Shown here piece by piece: positions 29,638-43,444 of a stretch of 64,000 bases of DNA. Source of the stretch: Seison nebaliae (taxonomy: Eukaryota); assembly GCA_023231475.1 (NCBI GenBank), contig JALJEE010002436.1, positions 186,001 through 250,000 of the forward strand. Reading direction: 5' to 3'. The first letter of the stretch is position 1. The number at the start of each line of letters is the position of its first letter. Both the position numbers and the translations under genes were made by a program. A model generated the notes under the pieces. It was not told the DNA's origin and ran no database searches. It worked only from the letters and a program-made list of their open reading frames with translations.

Positions 29638-32600
29638 TTAATTGTACATCATTCCGTCGCTCGTGGAAACACACTCTAATAGAGAAGCTCATTGATTTAG
29701 TTGTAATCAAGAATATATGGCTCATTAACAAGTTTCATTAAGTCATAAAACTAATTCGGACACCATGGTATATGGCATCGAATGGCAGGAGAGTTCAATC
29801 TTTAATTTGATCCTTCAGAAGAATGTTGGATTGTCGTCACGCACTTCATACATTAGTTAAAATTGGGAACATGTCTCAATCAGTTGTTCCACCTTTCGGA
29901 ATTTAATTCTAGTTTTCCTCATTCGACGATGTACTTCCTTCGTATAGAAGATGATTGACAAGTGAATGACAGTTTTCTTCTATGATTTGCAGCCATTCCC
30001 AAATAAATTGACAAACTACATCATTTTTTATGCTAATCTACTTTCCTTTTTTACGGTGATATATCAGAGGTTAATCATGCATATTGTATGCAGGAAGGAA
30101 TGCATACATTCCTGCCAAATTAGATAAATACAACTTTCTCTCATTAATTAGAGAAACAGTTGACTGAATTGTTTCCCAAATTGTATGATTCATTTTTATG
30201 TGATACGAAATGATGTGAAGAGAAGGTCATTTTTTATTTTTCAAATTTATTGTTGTTCGTGTTCTCAATTGCGGTTCAGGTCGTTGTTCAAATCAGAAAT
30301 ATTCAATGGAAAGTATAGGATATTGATTAACATTCAGTTCAGGACAGAATTATGAAGAAGAATTTGTTAGATTTTATTTATTCTTATCGACCAATAATTG
30401 ATGTTAATTCGTATTTGGGATAATGAACGACAGAAATGAGAAATATGTGGAAGGTAGTGATGACTTAACACGATTGATGGCGATTGTCGACGTACCCTAG
30501 AGAATTAGTTTGTAGGACGGCCTTGGTCTTAGAAGTTTACTTATCTTTCGTTGTTCATCGACTGTCGACATATAGACGATTCACACAGTCATCAGTTACA
30601 TAGTGGCATGATGCCGTGCGAAACGATTACTATCATGTAGTAGAAGTCCGTCGTCATTTCGCTTCCAGATACGAAGACAACAGAATCAATTGTTGGAAGC
30701 ACTGTGTGGCAATTTATTATGTTTTAACGACTCACTTCGATTAGAGTTGATGAGAATTAAGGAATCAAGATGAACTCCATGATATATTATATTCCATTTA
30801 CGTCATTTTAGAATAATATTCCATCAGAAATTCCTTTCATAATTCATCTTCCTTCATCTCTTCTGTCCATTCGAGATAAGGGAAATTGAATTAAGAGAAA
30901 TAAGTCTTCTATTGCTGTTGTAGCTGGATATTTTTCTGTTTTCTTTCCTTCCCGAAGACCTTCGATGTTATCCCCCCATAATGTATGTCGATATAATGCA
31001 GTTCCGAATTGAATTTCTTCCAACAAATTTATTTATCTTTATTTATAAGTAAAAGACGTACATTGACGCCAACCGTCCTGCTTCTCTTCTGCCCATGTCT
31101 TCTTCTGTCTGTCTATCTGTGTACGTGAATTAGTAGTCTATCGAAAGAAGATAATGAACAAGAGACGAACATTGTCTCATTTTTCCTAGAGGACAGTATC
31201 GAATCACAATTTCTTCTTACTATTTACCTGGATATCATTTAATTTTTATTCTCTCATTTCCATTCTTTTATTACTTCATTCCGTCCGATGGCCATCACTC
31301 CGTTCTCGTCAACTTGTTCTTACTCGATTTCTTACCTTTCCCCTTCCAAAGAACGAGTAACTCACTTTCATTCCAATTTGCCTCTCCCGAACTACTAACA
31401 TCTTCCTCCAGTTCCAATCTTTCTCTTCCTTTCGATGTCGAATAAGTTTGTTATTCTACTATTGAAATTAGAATTTTTCGTAATTAATACAAATGATCAT
31501 CAACTCACTCTGGAGTAATGTTAGAGATTTGTATTCTGATATATATCTTCCATAAACTCAAAGATTAATTTTGTAAATGGTAAAATTAAAGTTTAGTCCA
31601 TAATTGGTTAGTCCGGAGGATGTGAAGGGATTGGTGAAGGTAGTTAGTTGTAAGTTCGTTCGATTGGTGAGTTAATGAAGAAGATTTTGGATGTAAACCT
31701 TCTCAATTAGGAGGACCTGCTTGAGGTGCAATTAGCTTCTCCCTTTTGGCTAATCTCTCCATGTGCATTGGAGAATATAGGATTTGACTAATCGTTTAGA
31801 TGAAATTATTTCAATATCAGTTGTCATGTACAAGGAGAAGATATAGGGAAGAAATAAATGTACTTACGTAGCGCGACGACAATCGTTTGTGCATATTTCA
31901 ATAAATTTTAACTTATAAAAATTATTTAGCAAATCCATTCTCATATCTCTCATATGTTGTCTGAATGTATGAATGATGTGTGTTGTGTGTATGTGTGTGT
32001 GTGCTTATATGTCCATGAGAGGAGGAAGAAGGAATGATAACAAACATTAGGAAAGTTAAAGAGAGTTAAATTTTAATTTATTTCTTCGGCTATGTTATAG
32101 GATAAGAAATGAAATAAGTAAGTGAATGGCTCGTCGGTGGACCTGTTGCAATGACTGCAGATCGTTAGCGATTTCCAAAGAAAGATAAATAAATAATTGG
32201 ACATTCTTACCTATAAAACTACCTCTATTTCTCATTTCGTACTTACTCCCATATTGTTTTGAGAGTTACGATAAATTTTCATCCGTCCATTCTCCTATCT
32301 CCACAAACGAATATTTCTCATTCATCTAATCAAATTCTTTCCATTCTCGTTTGTTTCCTCGACAACCTCGTGGCCGAGACAATTCTTTTATTTTATTTTC
32401 CTAATAATTGTCAAGTAAAATCTTTCTAATACTCTCCAATACGATTAATTGCCGAGAGGTTCTGTTGACTGGAACTCCAATATAAAGTTCTCCTGATAAT
32501 ATTTGGGAGTATTTGCTAGATGGGATAATTATGCACATCTGCGTCCAACAAAGTGTAACATTAACACATGTATGATTTGATGTGTGCGATTTGTGAAAGG

Positions 32601-33863
32601 CACTCCTTTAAATTTCCATCAATTCCATGAATGATGGAAATAGATTTTGTTTTATTATTTCGATCTTCAACTTCTTCCTAACGAACTTGAGTTGCTTCAG
32701 TTAATTTTGTTGAAAGAATGTTTCGAATTGGCAGTCAACCTTAATTTGATGTAAATTAAATACTTTCCACGTGAACCTGAATACTTGTCAATGTTCGTGT
32801 ATGTGAGTGAAGTGAATTAATTAAAAATGAAGTGACATATATGTCGTCTACCGTACAAGGATAAGAAAGGCACACGACATAAAGATGGTGAAGAGGCAGG
32901 AAATGAAGATTTCCCTATTGTTTACACATACCACACATAGACAAATGTGCATAACAATATTTTGTTCTTTATTTCGATGATGGCAGAAAAGAAGAAGACT
33001 ACTCTGTTCAATAATATGATGGTTCTCCTCCTTCTACATCCTCCAAACCAACTTTACATAAGAACATGTCAGAGAATGTTTGAATCTTCTTCCTTTCTCC
33101 TCCTCCCCATCTCTCACTCATTTGTGTTGAGAGGATGCACGTACCATATCTACCCGTGTGCATTCTATACCATACTGGAATATGTTCCATATGAAGATAA
33201 ATTCTGAGAGAAATGTTTAACATTTCTCAATAACCAACAGCGAACATGGTACGTGTGAGGATACGGCCATCATTCGTACTTGTGTAGAAGGACGATATTA
33301 CATATCGACACTATTTGCTTAATTCAAACAAAACGACACATATACAACGACTACATAGTGACATAAACAGACATCGTCCGAATGTAGCCAGAAAATAAAT
33401 TACGTTATAAATTAATTCTCCTCGATTGATCCACATGTAGAGCATATGTATGTAGTCGATGGAGTATAGAGAGTGACTGTTGGCTTTCTACAGAGACCAG
33501 AATGTCCATTATTCATTAATATCACTCAATTCTCTTATTTTATGAGTTTTCTATGTGAACCATATCTGCTTAATTTGATTTATTTCTCCGGAAATCATCA
33601 ACACCTTACACTGAACATTGTCACCAAAAGACATCCAAATGTCCTTCTCATCCCTCCCAACTCTTTGTTACCGGAATTCATTTATTGGAACCCAATTAAT
33701 CATTCTACTATACTAATTTCAAATTAAATTAGATCTCTTTATTTACCATCAAAGTTTATTTGTTCAAATTGAAATTTAAATAAATTCCTTGATTACCATT
33801 CAATCATTCCTCATTTGTATCGCCATTTTCGAGAACATATGATTTCTTTGTAATCGTTGCCGA

Positions 33864-36381
33864 ATGGCAGGTAAGAATCTTTACAAATATTTGAAGGATT
33901 CATCAGATAATGAACCGCAAATCGAACTGAACAAACAACCAGCAGATGGACAACGTTCAAAAAGTTTCTATGATCAATCACCAGCTTTAACGACGACTAC
34001 TAAAGAAACGAATGATAGTTATCGTTTTTATCGACACAAATTCCCTCTGAACGAAATCAAACAAACATCTACCTCATTGGAAGATGATGATAACCCAACA
34101 ACATTATATGACTCAACTTATAATTTCTCTCATGATAAATCGACTCCGCAGCCACCTGTCTCTAACACTTCATATTCTGCCACATCATCACCTGTAGCGA
34201 CGTCGAGGAATCAACGCAGTTCCTTCGCCACCACCACCACCACAACTTCGTCATCAGGAGGAACTCATCGTTCTTCCCGATCTAAAGATAGTGTCGTTCA
34301 AATTAAATTACCCGGACAATCAAAAGTCAAACCAATAAAACCGAACGTTCGTCCAAGTCGATCAGAAGTTGTTAATAATTTTTTCTATAAACATTTTATA
34401 ACTAAATATAATTTAAAAATTTTTTCGTTTCGATTTCAGAATGTTGAACAGAAGATTCATGAAAAGAAAGCGACGAACATTAAGTGTTTGGATCTTTCGA
34501 AGTCACTCATCAATTCAATTCCTTCCTCCATCAAAGAACTCTCAACTCTAACCGAATTGTACCTCTACGGGAATCGGCTTACCATTTTGCCCGACGAAAT
34601 TGGTAGTCATCTCTTAAAATTGCAGATACTTCACTTGAGTGAAAACTCGTTAACCAGTCTCCCTGAATCCATTGCCAATTTGACTGATTTAAAATTACTT
34701 GATCTACGTCACAACAAATTCTTAATGGTTTCATTTCCATCATTATCCTGATCTTTATACATTTCTCCAGATTCCAGAATGTGTATTTGCGTTGCACAAT
34801 TTACAAAGTCTTTTCTTCCGTTTCAACCGTTTGAGAGAAGTGTCGTCGCGTATCGGTGAATTGAAGCAATTAACTGTGTTAAATTTACGAGAGAATAAAA
34901 TTACAAATTTACCAAACGAAATTGGTCAACTCACCATGCTATCCACATTAGACGTGTCCAATAATCATTTGGCATATCTCCCAGACAGTTTCCTTTGACA
35001 TTTCACATTATTCTTCTAATTTATTTAAAACTTTTATTTCAATTTCAGCAATTGGCAATTGTGTCTTGTTGAAATGGTTGAATTTGCAGTATAACGATCT
35101 TAATGAACTGCCTAACACGATTGGACATTTGACGATGTTAACGAGATTGGGACTGAAATATAATCAATTGAAACAAATGCCTGCGGCTCTTATTAAATGT
35201 GTCCGATTAAATGAGTTCAATATCGAAGGAAATGACGTCAAACATCTTGCTGTGAGTATTTCATCTCTAACTTATTATAATAAAGAAAATTATAGCCGGA
35301 ATTGTTCGTTGCATTGAACCGTCTATCAACCATTTCGCTGGCGAGAAATAGATTTGTTGATTTTCCTCGTGGCGGACCACAACAATTTCATTCAGTACAA
35401 GTTTGTCTAAATTTAAAGTCGTTACTTATTTTTAAATAATTATCGATTGATAGATGATCAATTTCGAGCATAATCAGATAAAAGAAATTCCACCTAAAGT
35501 TTTCTTAGAAGCGAAATACGTAAGTAAGTTCAACATGAAAGAAAATCAAATTTCTATGTTACCACCCGGTTACTTTTTTGCTAAAATTCTTTTAAAAGTA
35601 ATTCGCTCTTCGAAATAGATTTCGGTACATGGACAAGTTTAACTGAATTCAATTTAAGTACAAATCTTCTGTCGACTTTGCCACCGGAAATTAACCGTCT
35701 CCAAAATTTGGAAGTGCTCATTCTAGGCAATAATATGTTGAAAGTGCAACTTTCTTTTCTATTTCCTTTATTATATTAAATGTCTCATAGACAATACCAT
35801 CAACAATCGGAATGTTATCTAAATTAAAACGATTGGAATTGGAAGAGAATAAATTGACAACTCTACCGGACGAAATCGGCAAATTAGGAGAATTACGAGA
35901 GTTAAATTTAGCATCTAACACTCTTTCAGCATTACCAAGAAATATTGGGTTACTTTTTCTTTTTTCTTTACGAAATTCTTTAACGGAAAAATTATTTAGA
36001 TGTCTCACTAACTTAACGATTTTACATGCTGGAGAAAATAATTTAGTGACTTTACCAGAAGAAATTGGTTCGATGATTTTATAATAATTTTTTTTAAATT
36101 TTCGGATTCAATAGGTACGATGGAGAATTTGGAAACATTATACATTAACGACAATCCCCAACTGGATAATCTTCCATATGAATTGGCTCTCTGTAGTAAA
36201 TTGCAGATAATGTCGATAGAGAATTGTCCTCTTCGTTGTCTGCCGGTAGACATCGTGTCCGGTGGCCCTTCCTACGTCATACAAGTTCATATTATCATTT
36301 AAGCTTATTTAAAATTTTTTAAATTTCTTTCTTTTTTAGTTTTTACGAGTTCAACGTACTCCGATGTATAGTTCCATCTGA
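33864..36381 (+). CDS. SHOC2: Leucine-rich repeat scaffold SHOC2/SUR-8; 10 introns
   Basis: [59 protein letters not shown]. Confidence 0.95.
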
Positions 36382-36645
36382 GAGAGATTGTTAAAAGAGA
36401 CACGTCATCCGGTTCAACATGTTTTCTGTTCTATTTCAACAACAACAACAACAACAAAATTTTAATTCTTATTTTGACATTTGTTCCATTGTACAAAACT
36501 CAATAAACTATTTCATTTTGAAGAATATTCTTTTAATTTCTACAAAAAAGAATTAGAGAAATGACTGTGAAATATTGAAGCGTCTTCCACAGCGACAATT
36601 GTCTTTTGAATGAAACACAATAGCTTCTAAAATCGATGTGATTCT

Positions 36646-38234
36646 CTACGAACCGAACGTATATGGCGAGGAAATATCACTCCAATCAGAAATGCGTCCG
36701 ATTCGTTGATACTCCATATTTGATGTCAAATTAAAGACGGGTAATAATTCATTCGCTTCATTCGATGGCGCTTTCAAATAGATCCAAGCGTCAGTTCCAT
36801 ATCCTTCCATCGACGTCACTAATAGATCGCCATGAAAATAACGGGCATAAAGTCGAGAAAGAGGCAATCCATATCCGTAGCCGGCTAACGGGGCACTACC
36901 AGTGGGTGAGTATTGTGGTTGTGGAGCAGTGCTGTACATATATTGAAAGAGGAGATGAATGATACTCCTCGGAACTCCACCACCTCTATCCGACACGTGA
37001 ATCGACAAGTCTTCTCCACCCAGAATAATTCGACATTGAATTTTCGGGATGTTCGACTCATTCTCTCCATGAAATTCGACGACCGCTCTCATCGCATTCT
37101 AGAAAAATGGAAGATAATTGAAAGATTTATTCGTCAATTAGTTAATTTGTTTAGAACTTTGAATAATTCGAACATGATGTGATAGAGATGAGATGGGACA
37201 TAAGCTAAATTGATTTTATCGTTTTTCTCTTTTGCTACATTTATCACGAACATAAAATTGAGAGACATATCTAATAAGAACTAACTATTCCATGGTGTCA
37301 TCGATAATTCGGGTGAACACAAATAATATTGATCACATAAAAATTTCGCATTTTCATACGCATCTTCGATGACGGAAACCACATTACATTCTGGATCAAT
37401 ACTTCCAATATGACGACTATATTTAGCTGATCTCCGTTCTCCAAACAACAGAACTAAATTAAATAATAATTTGAAGAAATTTATTAGAATAAATTTTAAT
37501 TTAGATAATTTGTTAAAAGAAAATTTAACGATGTTGATTCATTAACATTCGAATTCCGATTCGACTCATATAAAATCGATCAAGAAAATATTGAATATTG
37601 TTGCAGACTGGTGGCGTCTGTGTCATCATCTGATTGGATTGTAACGGATCTTTCAACAAATCCAGATCACTGGCCACTTCTCTCGTTTGTTTCTCTTTCA
37701 ATTCCATCACACCCTAACACAAAATTTATTTGAAAAATAATTGAAGAAAAACAACTTGTGCCATTGTCTCTACCACATTACTATGTCTCGTACGTAATTT
37801 GAATAAAATATTATTGAAACTAAATTTAAAATAAAAGAAATTAAATAATAATTTTATGAAAATTTAACCGATGTCTTTCTTCCGAATTGTCCGTGTCGAC
37901 TTTCTCAAAATCGAGAATATCATCAAAACTAGTAATGTACCTTCAAATCATTAATGTTTCCCGATATATCCCTAGTGGAAATTAACCATGTTCTGACTTG
38001 TTGTACTGGTCCCGTTTCCAGTAAATCTCTCGGCAACAAATCGATTTCTCGAGTGATGTTCGCCAAACGAACGAGCAATTCCTTCCGGAGAAAATTGAAC
38101 GATTGTCCTTCCGATTCTTTTTCCTGTCCGAATTCTAAGAACTGTCGTATTGACAGAGCGGAAGGATGAAATTGGGAATATTTCTCTAAAATTTTACTGA
38201 TATTCCTTCCTCGACAGAACAACGATATTCTCAT
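36646..38234 (-). CDS. PDK: Mitochondrial pyruvate dehydrogenase kinase; 6 introns
   Basis: [61 protein letters not shown]. Confidence 0.97.
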
Positions 38235-38708
38235 CTTTCCGTCATCCAATATTTGCTTTTCTTTCTCTCGGTAATTTAAAGGAAGCAAATTTATTTTCAC
38301 AATTTAATTCTCTCCTATGCTTCTCGTTTGACTTCGTTTCATCTCTATCGACACCATTACTGATGGTTTATCATCAACAATTTTCCATCAGAATTTCATA
38401 ATTTTTTTCTGTTTTTCTGATAACATTTTTTTCCTTCCATATTTGTTAAAGAGATAAATCTTATAAATAATTCTCATATCATTTATCCGATAGATAACAT
38501 AGACTCCAATATCACCTGATGGAAATAATGGACATAAAATGAAATTTATTATTATTATTATTATTTGAAATAAAATTTTTAGTTTTAAAAGAATAAATTT
38601 ATTGAGTTTCAAATAAATTATATACATGAAATAAAACAGGATTTCGATATCGATCAATTGATTTGGGAGGAATTTAAAATTAGGATTTTTTTCCAAATAA
38701 TCGAAAGT

Positions 38709-40415
38709 CTATGAAAATGTGGATTCGACACAAGTAATATTCCATTTCTTCTCGTTAGGAATTAACTCGTCGAATTGGACACGTTTCCTTAATTGTATGT
38801 CTTGTGTTGTGTTGAATGAATGATTTAAGATAATGGGCGAATCGTTTTGTTGAGAGAACGTCTCTTCGTTACAAGTCGATTTTCTTAGGATTGATTTTAA
38901 CGGTTTCCTTAATTCAGTTTCCGATGGAATAGTTTTAATTTCTTTTTTGTTTTTCTTATTCTTTCGAATAATTACTTTGTTATTTGTCAATTTTTTATCT
39001 GATCGACTATTCGTTTTGGATGAAGAACGGAAATCATTTGTTTTCGATTTGGCTCGAATATTCGAATCGGTTGGATGAGGTCGTACCGAACGATTTAATG
39101 GACGTGCATATCTTGGAATATTAGTTTCATCTTTCGTCTTTCGAGGAGAATTTGTCTTTGTCAATTTGTCATTTGTCTGATATTTCTGAAGGATTAATTC
39201 ACTTTGCCTGTCCAATTGTTGGGAGTCGAGTTGAAGATTTTTGAAAGAATTCTCTACTGATGTCATGGAAATATTATTATTATTATTCCTGTTGTTCGAA
39301 TTCGAAGAGTTGATGGATGAGATTGAATTGATAGAGATGTTTGGAGAATCTTTCGCCAAATAATTGTCTACCAAAGAATCGGGAGATAATGTGGTGGAGT
39401 CGGAAAATTTAGATAAATTGGATAATAAAGAGATCGAAGGAGAAATGAGTTGTTTGGGAGGATGTGTTACATGATTGTCCACATTCAGTGAAGTGGAATC
39501 ATCAGATGAATTCTTCTTTCGCAGTTTCTCTTCTTGATATTTCGAATAAGTAATTTGAGAAGTGAGTAAATTGGGATATTTCAACATTTGTCGTTTTCCT
39601 ACAGATTTGTTTTGCGGCGATCGAATATATCGTTTAGAATGGTATTGATTTGTTACATTACCACTGAACTTTCTCTCAGGATCACGACCATTATTTTCAC
39701 TATTCTCACAACAGTTATTATATTTATTCAAATGAGGAAATTGGAGAAATGGTTGATGGTTGGACGTAGATTTCTCTTCGTTGTCATGGCGATGAGATAA
39801 TTCAGATTTATGTCTACGTAGCCTATTAGAGTCGAGAGTGTTGAAATGGTTCAACGTAAACTTCTCCTCACTACTGCAGGCGACGTATTTATTCGGAAGT
39901 GCAGTCGATCGACTATTTTGTTCTTTTGACTGATGTTGATAGGATGGAGAAGCTGGAAGGTGAGAAAGAAGCGAAGAATTCAATGGATTGTTAATAAGTG
40001 CTTTCCTCTCCTCAACCCAATTAAGAAAATTTGTATATTTCTCTTTGATGCGTTCCAATTCTTCGGAATTTATCGAAATATTTTTCAATTCCGTCGAATC
40101 TTTTCCATTATATCTCTTCCGCTTCTTCTTCTTATTCTTTGTCTCTCCAATCAACGATACATTCCTCGTCAACGTTGTCGATAATCGGAGTTGTTCATTC
40201 AATCGTCTCTTCTTCAATTCAATATTCTCCAGTTCGATGTTCGAGCCAACTCGTTGCCAAACCGACGTTCTCTGCTTTAAATTCGCTACTGTTTCCCTCA
40301 CTGATTTTTCACGATCATCTTCCATAAATGAAGAAATTGAATTATTCAATAAAAGTGTTTTCCCACATGACTTCCCAGTCGGCAATGAAGGCAATACCAA
40401 CACATCGTCCTTCAT
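38709..40415 (-). CDS. Uncharacterised low-complexity S/N/K-rich protein
   Basis: 568-aa ORF; C-terminal KSILRK and KRVQF resemble SILK and RVxF PP1-docking motifs. Confidence 0.65.
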   Translation of the reverse strand: MKDDVLVLPSLPTGKSCGKTLLLNNSISSFMEDDREKSVRETVANLKQRTSVWQRVGSNIELENIELKKRRLNEQLRLSTTLTRNVSLIGETKNKKKKRKRYNGKDSTELKNISINSEELERIKEKYTNFLNWVEERKALINNPLNSSLLSHLPASPSYQHQSKEQNSRSTALPNKYVACSSEEKFTLNHFNTLDSNRLRRHKSELSHRHDNEEKSTSNHQPFLQFPHLNKYNNCCENSENNGRDPERKFSGNVTNQYHSKRYIRSPQNKSVGKRQMLKYPNLLTSQITYSKYQEEKLRKKNSSDDSTSLNVDNHVTHPPKQLISPSISLLSNLSKFSDSTTLSPDSLVDNYLAKDSPNISINSISSINSSNSNNRNNNNNISMTSVENSFKNLQLDSQQLDRQSELILQKYQTNDKLTKTNSPRKTKDETNIPRYARPLNRSVRPHPTDSNIRAKSKTNDFRSSSKTNSRSDKKLTNNKVIIRKNKKNKKEIKTIPSETELRKPLKSILRKSTCNEETFSQQNDSPIILNHSFNTTQDIQLRKRVQFDELIPNEKKWNITCVESTFS

Positions 40416-42897
40416 GCTTCGAATCTAATGGAATCTAAGTGAGAGATAATCGATTAACAAACAAATTGATTAATTGATCGATTTCTTTCGAAGAAAGCAA
40501 ATCAATTTACTCCACAATATGTACAGTCAGTGGAAGGGAACTGTTAGTTGTTCCACTCGCCATTTTAGTCGACAATGGACATCTACTTTCCCCCCAAACA
40601 ATAACATAATCGTTTTCACATCTCCGCTTGAAAACTTTACTTTCTTCACTCCCATTTCTTTCAACTTGTTCTAAACTGCCTACGCTTCACCTTCTCTCCC
40701 TTCCTATCCACTATCCCAATCAGAGAAAATCATACAATTCTTCTATTGTTTTTGCATATTCTCGACTTTACTTAATCTCTTTCAATTACGTCATTATTGG
40801 AAGAATAGTAGGTCACTTATTACTTTCATGAATTTCATGTTATTAGAAAATTCAAATTTCTCTTATACTTAATCCGTTAAGGAAATGCATATTCCTAATG
40901 ATTGACCTTAATTCTCATATTCATCTTCAAAAATTAGTTCGAATATTTTCTCCCAATTCCACAATTCCTCTTATGATGCCACTTCAGTTGATTATTAGTA
41001 GTAATATAGAAGAACCACCAAATCTTCTTCCTCGTCAGAAAGATACATTAAATTAATTAAATGTCAAGACGTTACTTCGATTAGTAAGAATCGTTGTTTG
41101 TAGATTGTTTCGTCTAAGCAATTAGAACGATTTGAAATAATTCTGTCGTTGATGGAAATTATCGCAACTACCATAAACAACGAGTAATATTCACAGAATC
41201 AATGTTTAGACTTTCTGGAACTTCTATGAGGTTGGGTCTCCGCTGTTTGATTGAGAGTAAGGAGGGGAAGAAAAAACAAAGAATTCAATCGATATTGAGA
41301 GGAAAATATTGAAAGTCATTTCAATTCGATCGTCCTTCAAGTATAGTGTAGGATCGTATTCGATCCACCCAGCGAAGCCCGACCTGTGTGAATGTTTCTG
41401 CTTTCTTCACCTGCTTTCCTGCTATTCTATTCAAAAATTCTACTTCATTGTTTCATATTTCAATCTCAATTACTCCTTCTTATGAGACTTGTTTTCTTTC
41501 TCCCTTCTCCCACTTCCAATTTATCCAGAATATAAATATATTTCTAGATTTCTCTTATGAACATTCGATACTGGTTTCGATAGAAATCGTAAGAATTCAT
41601 TAGTATGAAACGGAAACGAATAAAGCGGATCGACTACTCGGATCTCAGTTCGACGATACGATTTTTTTGAGGTATATCACGGGCTATTTACTCATTCGAA
41701 TAGAATTATCTGAGGTTACGCCATACGGCAATTATGCGTTCATCTCTCATTCCCCATATTGTTCGTTGATGTTCTTATTTTCGAGTTATTTGCATTCCAT
41801 ACTACAAAGTAATTAGACACATCATTAAGAGAAATACCTCAAGAATTATTCATTCTAAATTGAATAAATACAAATCACAAATTTATAGAAATCTCTTCTC
41901 AAACCCCATTCTTTCAAGAACCTCAATTATTTGATTAGTTGATTTGAAATAAAAACTATTCGGAACTTATTTATTGAACTGATTTAACATATAGTAAACT
42001 CAAAAGAAACAGATCGGGAACGATTGTTTGATTAGGTCGAACACAACTGGTAAAATGTATTTCAGGTCACTGAATTTTTCTATGGAAATGCACGGAGAAA
42101 CTATTGTACTAAACCTAATTAATGAGATTTACATAAATGGAAAGAACTTGTGTTAATCATGCAACTTAATCTTTTCATTCCATAACTAACTTAAGACGTC
42201 GAACTAATCCTGATAATGTTCCTACTGTTCCTATAAGAAAAAAACTTGTTGCCTTATTTTTCAAGTTTGTTTAATATAAAACGACAACAAATTAACAGGA
42301 AGAATTTTTCCAATAAATCTCCATGTAGTGCACGGGAGATTCGGCGACTTGTCGGACACACAATTAAAGATGTGAAGGGAGAAGGAATTACGATAGAATA
42401 AACAGTCGACAACTTTTACGAATTGAATTGGAAGGCAATTGGACACGTGAGTGAAGGAAGAATAGTGAATTAATTAAAATTCTTCGCCAACTTACATAAG
42501 ATTGAATGTTTTCATTAAGTCGCGACGTTTAGAGTGGTGGAAAAAAAATAAACTTCGCTCTTGGCACGTTTACCCTTAGGTGCTAGAAAAGAAAATGATT
42601 TGTTGGTCAAGGTGGAGATGTTATTTTATCGTTCAATTCTATTGCTCATTGGTATTGTTGTTGAGGACGAACAACAATTTCAGACTCGGTCATCTTATCC
42701 CACCATCATTCTGATAACGATTTGTTATTATTACCTCTCTCATTCCAAATAAACATTATTCTCTTCAATTGTCTGAAGTTCTTTTTTTTTTGTTTCAAGT
42801 GAATAAAAGGGAAGAGAAACGATTTTTATAGAAAAACTGAAGGAAAATTCCAAAGATCAAAACACAAAATTCATTCTCGTTCCGTTCAGATATCTCA

Positions 42898-43182
42898 TTA
42901 GCCTCTCGTATATTTGCCCCAAATGTGTAACATGAAAACAGAAGCGATAAAAACCAGACTGGAAATTAGAACTGGTAATGGACCGACTTTGAGTCCGGGA
43001 GAATCTTCCGCATAAAATCGCCACATTCCCGCTCCACTAGAAGCATTATTTCTCGGTCGTGCTGGTGCCGCTGTATTGGAACTGGCTCCAACATTTCTTC
43101 GTCTCGCTCCACCGTTTCCACCGGTACGAGTACCTCCTGCTGCTCCCCCACCATTTGCACGTCCACTTGGTACTGATGTCAT
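42898..43182 (-). CDS. SEC61B: Sec61 translocon beta subunit
   Basis: [38 protein letters not shown]. Confidence 0.97.
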   Translation of the reverse strand: MTSVPSGRANGGGAAGGTRTGGNGGARRRNVGASSNTAAPARPRNNASSGAGMWRFYAEDSPGLKVGPLPVLISSLVFIASVFMLHIWGKYTRG

Positions 43183-43444
43183 TCTTTTTCAAATATCCAC
43201 TGTCGTTGTTGATGTTGTTGTTGTTGGTATTGTGAGAGAGAATTTGGATATATGATAATATCAAATATTCAACTTCTATTTATATATTTTAGAAGAAACT
43301 AAAGATTGCCACTCTAATGCTACGTTGACAGTATTGAGAAGAGAATGAAAGTAGAATATAAAGAAACGAACGATCTTCTTAGAAATTTATTGAAAAAAGA
43401 AGCTCAAAAAAGAAATTAGAAATGAAAAATTTATTTTCAATTTT

